A DNA stretch of 64,000 nt from Bryobacteraceae bacterium (GCA_035602155.1 DATNMW010000096.1:41319-105318), one strand, 5' to 3'; positions 51,389 to 59,275 are shown, numbered from the stretch's first letter. A program made the numbers and translations. Notes: a model not told the origin generated them from the letters alone.

Positions 51389-51553
51389 TCAGTAACCGGC
51401 CGCGATATAACCGCCCATGGCCGCGAAACAGGCCGCCGCGCTGTTGGTGGAGCACGCACAATTGTGGGCGCTCGACGTGCTGTTGCCTACCTCTGCCATT
51501 GGACCGCTGTTCTGGTCGTCCGGCAACATTTGAAGTGCTAATACTCGATTCAT
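51389..51553 (-). CDS. lanA1: Class III lanthipeptide precursor peptide 1 (54 aa)
   Basis: MNRVLALQMLPDDQNSGPMAEVGNSTSSAHNCACSTNSAAACFAAMGGYIAAGY. RBS GGAGAA lies 5 nt upstream of the ATG. Leader VLALQ motif. The core has two S-x2-S-x3-C motifs. Confidence 0.85.
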   Translation of the reverse strand: MNRVLALQMLPDDQNSGPMAEVGNSTSSAHNCACSTNSAAACFAAMGGYIAAGY

Positions 51554-51583
51554 AATCGTTCTCCTTAGTCTTATCTGGGAAGA

Positions 51584-51627
51584 CCCGCCGGCGGGGGCAC
51601 ATTGTGCCGCCCCCGTCTGCTTCCGGG
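51584..51627 (-). terminator. Conserved GC-rich hairpin 24 nt downstream of lanA2
   Basis: Minus-strand cccgg-aagcagac-GGGGGC-ggcacaatgt-GCCCCC-gccggcggg. Same position and architecture as the hairpin after lanA1. Confidence 0.5.
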
Positions 51628-51651
51628 CCAATTTGCGGCTAACGGCCGTCG

Positions 51652-51816
51652 TTAATAACCGGCGGCGATGAAGCCGCCCATGGCCGCAAAACATGCCGCG
51701 GCGCTGTTGGTGGAGCAAGCGCAATTGTGGTCGCTCGACGTGCTGTTGGCCAGCTCCGCCATTGGGCCGCTGTTCTGGTCGTCCGCCAACATCTGAAGTG
51801 CTAATACTCGATTCAT
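51652..51816 (-). CDS. lanA2: Class III lanthipeptide precursor peptide 2 (54 aa)
   Basis: MNRVLALQMLADDQNSGPMAELANSTSSDHNCACSTNSAAACFAAMGGFIAAGY. RBS GGAGAA. Differs from lanA1 at 5 of 54 residues. The tandem unit period is 263 nt. Confidence 0.85.
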   Translation of the reverse strand: MNRVLALQMLADDQNSGPMAELANSTSSDHNCACSTNSAAACFAAMGGFIAAGY

Positions 51817-51842
51817 AATAGTTCTCCTTGTTTCTTCTTTTA

Positions 51843-51860
51843 CAGACTTAATTAAGTCTG
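51843..51860. promoter_or_regulatory. Perfect 18-bp palindrome upstream of lanA2
   Basis: cagacttaattaagtctg lies 27 nt upstream of the lanA2 start codon, in an AT-rich patch. Confidence 0.4.
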
Positions 51861-51900
51861 CTGAGTTAGTTATAACACCGCCAGAGGATGTTTTCACGGG

Positions 51901-51936
51901 TTGTTGCTTAGCAGTTTCGGCTGTTTCGCGAATTAC
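51901..51936 (+). repeat. Direct repeat copy 1 of a ~36-nt motif in the divergent lan intergenic region
   Basis: ttgttgcttagcagtttcggctgtttCGcgaatTact. The first 26 nt are identical to copy 2. Both copies are preceded ~23-28 nt upstream by ttataaca. Confidence 0.7.
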
Positions 51937-52330
51937 TCACGCGGGAGGCATTTATCAGGATACGGCGCAATATAGAGTAATATCCAAAAAGGTTTCGCTT
52001 TTGTTGTGCATCTTAAGTTATACTTACTCGAAACCGTAGAGACTTACAGTCGCGCAGATACGCGCCGGCAAAAGGAGGTCCCGAATCGCGACAGGTAACC
52101 TTGAACCAGGGCGGAACCACAAAAGCCTTCGCATTCCGCGCCGCATCCGGAAGAAGCCTTCGGCCCACGGCCTGGAAGCCGGGTCAAACCGCGGCAAGTT
52201 CCAGTGAATTGCTTCGTGGATCTCTTAAATCGCTTTGGGGTGTTGAATCCATTCGGCTTAAGCCGCTCCGACAGCGTACAACGCGCGCGGCTGTGTCCCT
52301 TTATTATTATAACAATCCCGAAACTTGCGC

Positions 52331-52366
52331 CTTGTTGCTTAGCAGTTTCGGCTGTTTAACGAATAC
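52331..52366 (+). repeat. Direct repeat copy 2 of the ~36-nt motif, ~85-120 nt upstream of the ABC exporter gene
   Basis: ttgttgcttagcagtttcggctgtttAAcgaat-act. Candidate promoter or regulator-binding site. Confidence 0.7.
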
Positions 52367-52483
52367 TGTAAGGTATTGCACAGAAACGGCCGCGGCCGGC
52401 ATGCTACCATTGTGACGTAAATAACAGTACCCAAACATCTTGATTGGCGAGTGCCAGCCTCGACGTTTTCGAGTGTTCCGACA

Positions 52484-54259
52484 ATGCCTGCGCACCGCTG
52501 GTTACTTAAAACTCTTCGGCCATTTCGCGCCAGTCAGTTGTTGATTACCTTCTCCCTGCTTTCGGCGGGACTGCTATCCTCGGTCGATCCTTTGATAATC
52601 AAATGGCTCATCGATCACGGCTTCCGCGGCGCTCGGGTGCGGTCTATTTTGATGGCGTTAGGTCTCTTTGTGCTGGCCTATTCAGTGCGGTTGACCTTAC
52701 TAATGATAGGTAACATGGCTGTCGCTGTAACCTGTCAGCGCGTGATGCTGCGTTTACGCCTGCAGCTTGCCACAAAGCTGACCCAGTGCGGGGCGGGGTA
52801 TTTCGACCGCCAACCGGTGGGCGATTTGGTTTACCGGCTGGAGGGCGACATCGAACAGGTCGGACATCTGGCCACGGACGTGCTCCCTTCGCTGCTGAGA
52901 GTGGCGGCCAGCGCCCTGTTAGTGGCCGGCATCATGGTGAGTATCGATCCGATGCTGGCTTGCGTGACACTTCCTTTCTTCCCGCTCTTTCTGGTGTTGC
53001 GCGCCCGCTTCCGGCCGAAGCTTGAGCGGGCGGCGGAAGCCACGCGAGACGTGGCCGGCCAGCGAAGCAGCTATTTGACCGAGTGGCTGGCAGGGGTCGT
53101 GCAGATACAGTTGCTGGGAGCGGAACGAACCTTCCTGCGCAAGCTCTTCGCGCTGTGCAGCAGTACGATCCGCGCCGCGGTAAGTCAGCGGAGAACGGAA
53201 CTGCTGTATGCCATCGGATCGATGGGCCTTATCGCGCTGGCCACAATCGCGGTTTTGGGCGCGGGTGCGGAGCGGGTTCTGACGCATGCGCTGACTCTGG
53301 GTGGGTATGTGGCGTTCTACACCTACCTGACCCGGCTGTTCGAGGCGCTGAGTGCCAGCGTAGAGACATATTGGCAGTTGAAGCGGGCTACCGGCAGCGT
53401 TCGCCGGCTGATGGAGCTGGAAGACGTGGACATCCCGATCGTGGACGTCAAGTCGGCTCCTTCGCTGCCCGCAGGCGAGGTCGGCGGCCTGGCGTGCACC
53501 GGAGTCGATTTCGGTTATCCGGCGGGACGAATCGTGATTCAGGGTGTATCCCTTCAGGTAAACCGCGGAGATCGCGTGGCCATAGTGGGCCGTAGCGGAA
53601 GCGGGAAGAGCACGCTGGCGAAGTTGCTGGTCCGGCTGTACGATGTAAGCGGAGGCGCGATTCTCCTCGACGGCGAGGACATCAGGGATCTGCGGCTGCG
53701 GAGTGTCCGCAGTTCGATCGCACTGGTGTCGCAGAACCCCACGTTGTTCGCCGGCACGCTGGCGGAGAATGCGCGGCTGGGAAGCCCGGACGCATCCCTC
53801 GAGGATATGAACCGGCTGGCAGTCCTGACGTGTTTCGATGAAGTCCTGCAAAGATTCCCGGACGGTTGGCGGCACGTGCTCGGGCCGGCCGGGGCCGGCT
53901 TGTCGGGCGGCGAGAAGAAGCGGCTGGCGCTGCTTCGGGGGCTCCTGCTGAATCGGGAGGTTCTGGTTCTGGACGAAGTGACCTCCGAGCTGGATCCGGC
54001 CGTCGAAAGGGTCCTGCTTTCCCACCTGGACGAATACGCCCATGACAAGGCCATCGTGCTGATCACACATCGCACCGCGGCGGCCCTTTGGGCCGACCGC
54101 ATCATCGCTCTCCAGGATGGGCGGGTGACGCGAGTGTGGCGACGTTCCGAGCTGGACGAGGACGACCCGCAACTCGAGCGGAAGCTTTGGGGCGAGGACC
54201 TGGCGATCCCCACGGAAGAGGCCTACCGGCCTGAAAGCGAACTGTGCTCAATTTTGTAA
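52484..54259 (+). CDS. ABC exporter, fused permease and ATPase (MdlB/MsbA-like), no peptidase domain
   Basis: The track ORF starts at 52451 (GTG); ATG at 52484. Six predicted TM helices, then Walker A GRSGSGKST, signature LSGGEKKRLAL and Walker B LVLDEVTSELD. Confidence 0.85.
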   Translation: MPAHRWLLKTLRPFRASQLLITFSLLSAGLLSSVDPLIIKWLIDHGFRGARVRSILMALGLFVLAYSVRLTLLMIGNMAVAVTCQRVMLRLRLQLATKLTQCGAGYFDRQPVGDLVYRLEGDIEQVGHLATDVLPSLLRVAASALLVAGIMVSIDPMLACVTLPFFPLFLVLRARFRPKLERAAEATRDVAGQRSSYLTEWLAGVVQIQLLGAERTFLRKLFALCSSTIRAAVSQRRTELLYAIGSMGLIALATIAVLGAGAERVLTHALTLGGYVAFYTYLTRLFEALSASVETYWQLKRATGSVRRLMELEDVDIPIVDVKSAPSLPAGEVGGLACTGVDFGYPAGRIVIQGVSLQVNRGDRVAIVGRSGSGKSTLAKLLVRLYDVSGGAILLDGEDIRDLRLRSVRSSIALVSQNPTLFAGTLAENARLGSPDASLEDMNRLAVLTCFDEVLQRFPDGWRHVLGPAGAGLSGGEKKRLALLRGLLLNREVLVLDEVTSELDPAVERVLLSHLDEYAHDKAIVLITHRTAAALWADRIIALQDGRVTRVWRRSELDEDDPQLERKLWGEDLAIPTEEAYRPESELCSIL

Positions 54260-54687
54260 CGGTCTTGCGCGTATTGCCCGGCGGCGCTTTGCTACTCAAG
54301 CATTCGGAGGATTCCCGGATCCAGAAAGTGCTGGCGCTGATCGCGGATGCGCCCGTACAGGAATGTGCTGGACTGGCGGGACAAGTACACCTCAGCACGA
54401 ACCGTCTGGTGCACTTATTCAGGCATGAGACCGGAGTGGGCTTAGGCTTGGTCCTGAGGGACGCCCGGCTGCGGTATTCGGCCCACCTCCTGTCTTCAGG
54501 GAAGGAGCCGGAAAAGGAGATCGCCTTTCTGTCCGGCTATCGGCACTTATCCAGCTTCGTCCGGGCCTTCACGCTACGGTACTTCGAGTCTCCCCGTTCC
54601 TACCGGCGCAATCCGCTTGTGCTGGTCATGTCCCCGCTCGGCGAGGGAGTCGTTGCGGAGGCCCTGGCGGTCGCCGCGCACGCCTAG
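54244..54687 (+). CDS. Short AraC-family HTH transcriptional regulator (DNA-binding domain only)
   Basis: IQKVLALIADAPVQECAGLAGQVHLSTNRLVHLFRHETGVG......IAFLSGYRHLSSFVRAFTLRYFESPRSYRR. It overlaps the ABC gene end by 16 nt. The start codon is uncertain. Confidence 0.7.
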   Translation: MLNFVTVLRVLPGGALLLKHSEDSRIQKVLALIADAPVQECAGLAGQVHLSTNRLVHLFRHETGVGLGLVLRDARLRYSAHLLSSGKEPEKEIAFLSGYRHLSSFVRAFTLRYFESPRSYRRNPLVLVMSPLGEGVVAEALAVAAHA

Positions 54688-54710
54688 CGCGCGCCCGAGC
54701 GAAGCACACC

Positions 54711-56090
54711 ATGAGCGAACAAACCTGCTCTATTTACGGGGACGAAGCCGCCAACCATCCCGCGCCGGCCGGCAGGCTCCAAGTGCCCGTGGAGTATTTT
54801 CGGTTGCCCAACGGCCTGGCGGTTGCGCTCTCTCTCGACTGCAGCACTCCGGTGGCGGCTGTTACCGTCTATTATGGCGTCGGATTTCGCCGTGAGCCGC
54901 TGCATCGCGCCGGCTTTGCCCACCTTTTCGAGCACCTGATGTTTCAGGGGTCGCCCAGCCTCCCCAGATCGGAATTCATTCGACTTATCCACGAGTGCGG
55001 CGGCACCGTCAATGGGAGTACGCGCTTCGATTTCACCAGCTTCTATGAAGTGGTCCCGTCAAATGCCCTCCGTACGGTGTTGTGGGCCGAAGCAGACCGC
55101 ATGCGCGGCCTGGCTCTGACGCCGGAGAGCCTGGCCAACCAACAATCGGTCGTGTGCGCCGAAGTGGGCGCCAACATTCACAATCAGCCCTATGGCGGAT
55201 TTCCCTGGTTCGATGTACCTCAAACCGCGAACGTCAATCCGCACAATGCTCACAACTTTTACGGCGAGATTGAAGATATCACCGCCGCCACCCTGACGGA
55301 GGCGGAGGAATTCTTTCGGGAGTTTTACCGTCCCAACAACGCCGCCCTCGCGATCGTGGGCAACTTCGATCCGGCGGCGGTTCGGGAATGGATCGCCGGA
55401 TATTTCGGATCGATCCCGTCCGCGGCGGCGCCGGTTCCCTTCGACGTGAGCGAGCCGCGTCAACTGCGGGAGAGGTACGGGCGGAGGCTGGATCGTCTGG
55501 CGCCCAGTCCCGCCCTCGCCATCGCGTACCACATGCCGGACAGAAACACGGATGAGTACTTCGCGATGGGAGTGCTGGATCATCTTTTGCTTCAGGGAGG
55601 CGACAGCCTGTTTCAAAAGGAGCTGGTCAATCGCCGCGGGATGACCGATCTGGTTCGCGGCGGAATCAATATTCTGGGAACCATGTTCAACTACAACGGC
55701 CCCATGCTATGGACGGTCCACATGTTCCACGATCGCGACGTGCGCGCGGATGACATTCTGGAGGCCGTCGATGGGGTGGTGGCGGGCTTGACGGACGGGG
55801 AGGTTTGCCGGGAAACGCTTGATCGTGCTCTGGTCAAAATGCGTTCCACGCTCTACGACCAGATCGAATCCTCCCACGGCCTGGGTCTCGCCGATATGCT
55901 CGCGGCATTCGCGCTGTTCGACGGCTCTCCGGAACGGATCAATTCGTTGGACGCGCGCTTCCGGTCGGTCACGCCCGCATTGTTGCGCAGGACGGCTGCG
56001 GAGTGCCTTCGCAAAACCAATCGAACGGTCCTCGAAGTCGAGGCGCCGGCGGGTTCGGCTGTTAGACCAATGGGAAAGGAATGCAACTAA
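54711..56090 (+). CDS. M16-family (pitrilysin/insulinase-like) zinc peptidase, catalytic subunit
   Basis: 459-aa ORF with the inverted zinc motif HxxEH in GFAHLFEHLMFQGS and a downstream glutamate region (EFIRLIHECGGTVNGST). Confidence 0.85.
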   Translation: MSEQTCSIYGDEAANHPAPAGRLQVPVEYFRLPNGLAVALSLDCSTPVAAVTVYYGVGFRREPLHRAGFAHLFEHLMFQGSPSLPRSEFIRLIHECGGTVNGSTRFDFTSFYEVVPSNALRTVLWAEADRMRGLALTPESLANQQSVVCAEVGANIHNQPYGGFPWFDVPQTANVNPHNAHNFYGEIEDITAATLTEAEEFFREFYRPNNAALAIVGNFDPAAVREWIAGYFGSIPSAAAPVPFDVSEPRQLRERYGRRLDRLAPSPALAIAYHMPDRNTDEYFAMGVLDHLLLQGGDSLFQKELVNRRGMTDLVRGGINILGTMFNYNGPMLWTVHMFHDRDVRADDILEAVDGVVAGLTDGEVCRETLDRALVKMRSTLYDQIESSHGLGLADMLAAFALFDGSPERINSLDARFRSVTPALLRRTAAECLRKTNRTVLEVEAPAGSAVRPMGKECN

Positions 56091-57472
56091 TGAGCGCCCT
56101 CGCCTTCATACCCTCGCCGCCGGCCCGCCCGCCATTGCAGACCGTCTCTTGGGACCGGTTTGCGTTACCGGACCCGCAGTCGGTGCGCCTGTCCAACGGG
56201 CTCTCCGTCACGATGATTCAATGGGGTACGGTACCCAAGGTGCTTGTCAGCATGGTCCTGCGCGCGGGCCGGGCCGATGAGGGCAGGGAAAGACTGTGGC
56301 TTCGACGCCTGTTGGGCATGTGGATGATCGAAGGCACCCACAACCGCGGTGCGGATGCGGTGGCCGCCCAGGCGGCCACCATGGGTGGATCGATCGGACT
56401 GAGTTTCGGAGAAGATCTCATGGAGGTCTCCGCGGACGTGCTGACCGAGTGGGGGCCTGCGCTGGTCGAGTTGATGGCGGATGTCCTCCAGCAACCATTG
56501 TTTCCCGAGCGGGAGAGCGCCCGGTTGAAGCGCGCTCTGGTGCGCAAGCTCGAGATCCAGCAAAGCCAGGCTCGCGCCGTGGCGCATGAGGCGATTCGCC
56601 AGGTGCTCTATCCCGGCGGCTCCTACGGCTGTATTTTCCCGACCTCCGGCGCGCTGAATTCCTATGGCCGCACCGAGGTGATGGATTACTATGAATCGTG
56701 TTTCGTGGCGCGGCGCACGCACGTATGCGTGATTGGCCGCTTTGATGCCGCAAAGATGCTGGATGCGATTGAACGCAATCTCGGCGGATGGCGATCCGGT
56801 ACGGCACCCTTCGTGGAAAGGCCCGCGGAGTCGAAGGAGCCGGTTTGCCGGACCATCGACCGCCCAGGCTCAACCCAATCCACCGTGCTGATCGGTGTGC
56901 CGGTCGCGCCTCCAGGCAGTCCCGGCCGAGTCCCGCTGGAACTCGCGAATGCGATGCTCGGCGGCTCCTTCAGCTCTCGCATAACCTCGAATATCCGTGA
57001 AGACAAGGGCTACACCTACACGTGCGGTAGCAGCCTTCCCACCTGCTGCAGTACCTCTTTCTGGCTGGAAGTAGCCGATGTGGAACCGGGCGCCACGCGA
57101 GAGGCAATTCGGCTGATCCTGCATGAGGTGGACCGGTTCTGCCAGGAGCCTCCAACCGCGGACGAATTGATGCGCGCCAAAGCGTATACGTCCGGCGCGC
57201 TAGCGATCTCGATGTCGTCCCGGTCGGGACTGCTGAGCTGCCTGAAGTTCGACGATCTTTACCATCTTGGCTGGAGGTATCCGTCCACGTATCTGGCGCA
57301 GATCCGCGACGCGGATGTGCAGGACGTGTGCGCGGCTGCGGCACGCTATCTGAGGAGCGACAGGATGTCGACTGTCATCGTTGCGGATCTGAAGGAACTG
57401 GGGGAAGCGCCGTACATGCCGGCATCGCCACGATCGGTAGATGACGCGGGCCGTGCGGGCAATTTCACATAG
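56081..57472 (+). CDS. M16-family peptidase-like protein, non-catalytic subunit (HxxEH lost)
   Basis: 463-aa ORF. The equivalent position reads LRRLLGMWMIEGTHNRG, with no His-x-x-Glu-His. It overlaps the upstream M16 gene by 10 nt (ATGCAACTAATGA), suggesting translational coupling. Confidence 0.8.
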   Translation: MQLMSALAFIPSPPARPPLQTVSWDRFALPDPQSVRLSNGLSVTMIQWGTVPKVLVSMVLRAGRADEGRERLWLRRLLGMWMIEGTHNRGADAVAAQAATMGGSIGLSFGEDLMEVSADVLTEWGPALVELMADVLQQPLFPERESARLKRALVRKLEIQQSQARAVAHEAIRQVLYPGGSYGCIFPTSGALNSYGRTEVMDYYESCFVARRTHVCVIGRFDAAKMLDAIERNLGGWRSGTAPFVERPAESKEPVCRTIDRPGSTQSTVLIGVPVAPPGSPGRVPLELANAMLGGSFSSRITSNIREDKGYTYTCGSSLPTCCSTSFWLEVADVEPGATREAIRLILHEVDRFCQEPPTADELMRAKAYTSGALAISMSSRSGLLSCLKFDDLYHLGWRYPSTYLAQIRDADVQDVCAAAARYLRSDRMSTVIVADLKELGEAPYMPASPRSVDDAGRAGNFT

Positions 57473-57628
57473 TTATTCCATGGCCGAACACCCGACCGGC
57501 GCCCTCGTCGGCCTTTTGCGGAAAGCCTTGGTTTTCCGAACAAAAGAGCGGGTCCGCAGACCGGGGGGCTGACCCATAAGCGCTAACCTAACGATTTTAT
57601 GCCTTGGCCATGAATGGGCGGAACTGTT

Positions 57629-57863
57629 CTAAGCGATCACGGACGGGGGCGGCGCAGCGGTATGAAGCACTTCGTAAGGAAAGCGGCTCCGGATGTAGTG
57701 GTTGAAGTAGGCTCCCTTAGAGCCGGCGCGCAACAGATCGTGGTAGGTCCGGCGGGGAACGCCGGCGTACTGAAATGCGGCTCCGTCGCGGAAACTGCAC
57801 TTGAAGGATTGCTTTCCGGCGCTCGTAAGCCACTTGGGCCAGTGACGAAGATCGCACTGCCAT
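57629..57863 (-). pseudogene. KTSC-domain protein, 1-nt frameshift
   Basis: MAVRSSSLAQVAYERRKAILQVQF then shifts frame to RDGAAFQYAGVPRRTYHDLLRAGSKGAYFNHYIRSRFPYEVL. The total length of 235 nt is not a multiple of 3. Confidence 0.6.
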
Positions 57864-57920
57864 AGGATTCAGTTGCAATAGTTTCAAGATCGCGACAGGC
57901 ATTTTGTTGAACTCCGTAGT

Positions 57921-58290
57921 TCAATTCAGGCTTCTGTCCTGGACCGTTCGCTTGCGATGGCCCTCGGCCAATGCGGCAGCCAAGCGATTCCAACCATGCA
58001 GCACTTGGGTCGGCGGCAGGCTTGGTTCAATCGCATTCTGAATCTGGTGCAGCGCCAAACCGAACTCGCGCCATTCACTGCGTTGAAGCGTATCCCGGGA
58101 GAACGTAACCCCAGGGGAAAGTTCCCGTCCGACTCGAACTGACTTCTGTGTCAGTAAGGCCACGAGCAGCTTTCCGTATAGCCAAGCCCGCGAACTCTGG
58201 TCGTCGTATTTGGGCAGGTGCCCGAGTTGTGCCAGGCTCTTGAACCGTTTGAAGGTCAACTCTATTTGCCATCTCACCCGATACCACTCT
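57921..58290 (-). mobile_element. C-terminal remnant of an IS4-family DDE transposase
   Basis: ...REWYRVRWQIELTFKRFKSLAQLGHL... is the Y-x2-R-x3-E-x6-K signature region. The 5-prime part of the gene is absent. The fragment abuts the VWA pseudogene at ~58290. Confidence 0.7.
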
Positions 58291-59275
58291 CTAAGACTGG
58301 CCCCGCGGCCGGTACCCCGGGCGCGAGCGCACCAAGTACTTCTTCCCCACATCGGTCACAATCTCGACGGGAATCTTGCGGAGGCCTTCGCTCGGATTGG
58401 GCTGCGGATAGTAAGTCACCGTGTAGGAGTTACCTAAATCCTCGCGGATGAATTCAAAAGCCTCCACCTGCTTCTGCCAGATCTTGGCCCAATAGGCTTT
58501 GCCGCCGGTGCGCGTGGCGATGTGCCGGAAGACGCCGCTCGAAATGGAGTAGTGGGTCAATTTGCTTTGTGGGGCAGGTTGGCAACCTGCGGGCCGATTG
58601 TCAATCGGCCCAGTTTGCGCCGATTTCCAATCGGCGCGCAGGAGCATCCTGTCTTCATGGCCCTGCGGGCCACCAAATGCGATCAAAACCCTTGGAGGGC
58701 GGCAGGATTGCCCAATGCCACTTAGTTTTCGAGCGCTGTGCGAAACCAAAACATTTTCAAGCACTTATGTCTCTCCGCAGAAATAGGGTGACGCTCGGAC
58801 ACTTTGGCGAACCCCACGCCAATCGCTTGCTTCAATCGGGGTAGCCGGGATCCGCGGGTGCGCAATGACTTGCACTCATACTCAAGAAATAAGTGGCATT
58901 GGGCAGGATTGCCCGCCCTCCAAGGGTGGCTTCGACGGTGCCCCGCAAACTGCAACTGACCCACTACCCGAAACGGGGTCCTTGTTGACCTCGTTAGTGG
59001 AGATCATGTAGATGGGAATGCCTTCGTCCTCGGCCACCGCGCGGACGTCGTCGGGCGCGACCATGCTGGCATTGTCCGGCCCGTTCGAGAAGACGATCGC
59101 CACCTTGCGGCCACGCACTTTGGCCGCGTCGCGCAGCGTCAGCAGCAAGGTGTTGTAGACCGCCGTATCGTCTCCTGCCACGGATTTGCGCAACCCGCCG
59201 ATGGCATCGCCGCGGTCGCGCGCGAGCCTGGCAGCCCGGGAAAGACTGCGGCTGAGGAAGTTGACCGCTGTTCCA
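58291..59275 (-). pseudogene. Diverged duplicate of the 3-prime half of the VWA gene (copy of ~62266..62830), interrupted by a 421-bp element
   Basis: Collinear by eye with the intact gene: ...AIVFSNGPDNASMVAPDDVRAVAEDEGIPIYMISTNEVNKDP... and ...FRHIATRTGGKAYWAKIWQKQVEAFEFIREDLGNSYTVTYYPQPNPSEGLRKIPVEIVTDVGKKYLVRSRPGYRPRG. There is no 5-prime half. Confidence 0.85.
58548..58968. mobile_element. MITE-like non-autonomous element (421 bp) with terminal inverted repeats and 8-bp target duplication
   Basis: The left end is aGTAGTGGGTCAATTTGC and the right end is GCAACTGACCCACTACc. The flanks are cgaaatgg / cgaaacgg. The uninterrupted paralog at 62514..62530 reads ...gctcgaaatgggatcc.... There is no ORF of transposase size. 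An internal 36-nt inverted pair lies at 58689..58724 and 58890..58925. Confidence 0.75.

Noticed and set aside
52101-52415. 104-aa ORF in the lan divergent intergenic region; considered as a third precursor or a hidden cluster gene.
   Set aside because: - It has a TTG start 24 nt from the nearest Shine-Dalgarno-like sequence.
- It has no Ser/Cys ring motifs and no leader motif.
- It runs through repeat copy 2.
- Its composition is unlike the neighbouring genes.
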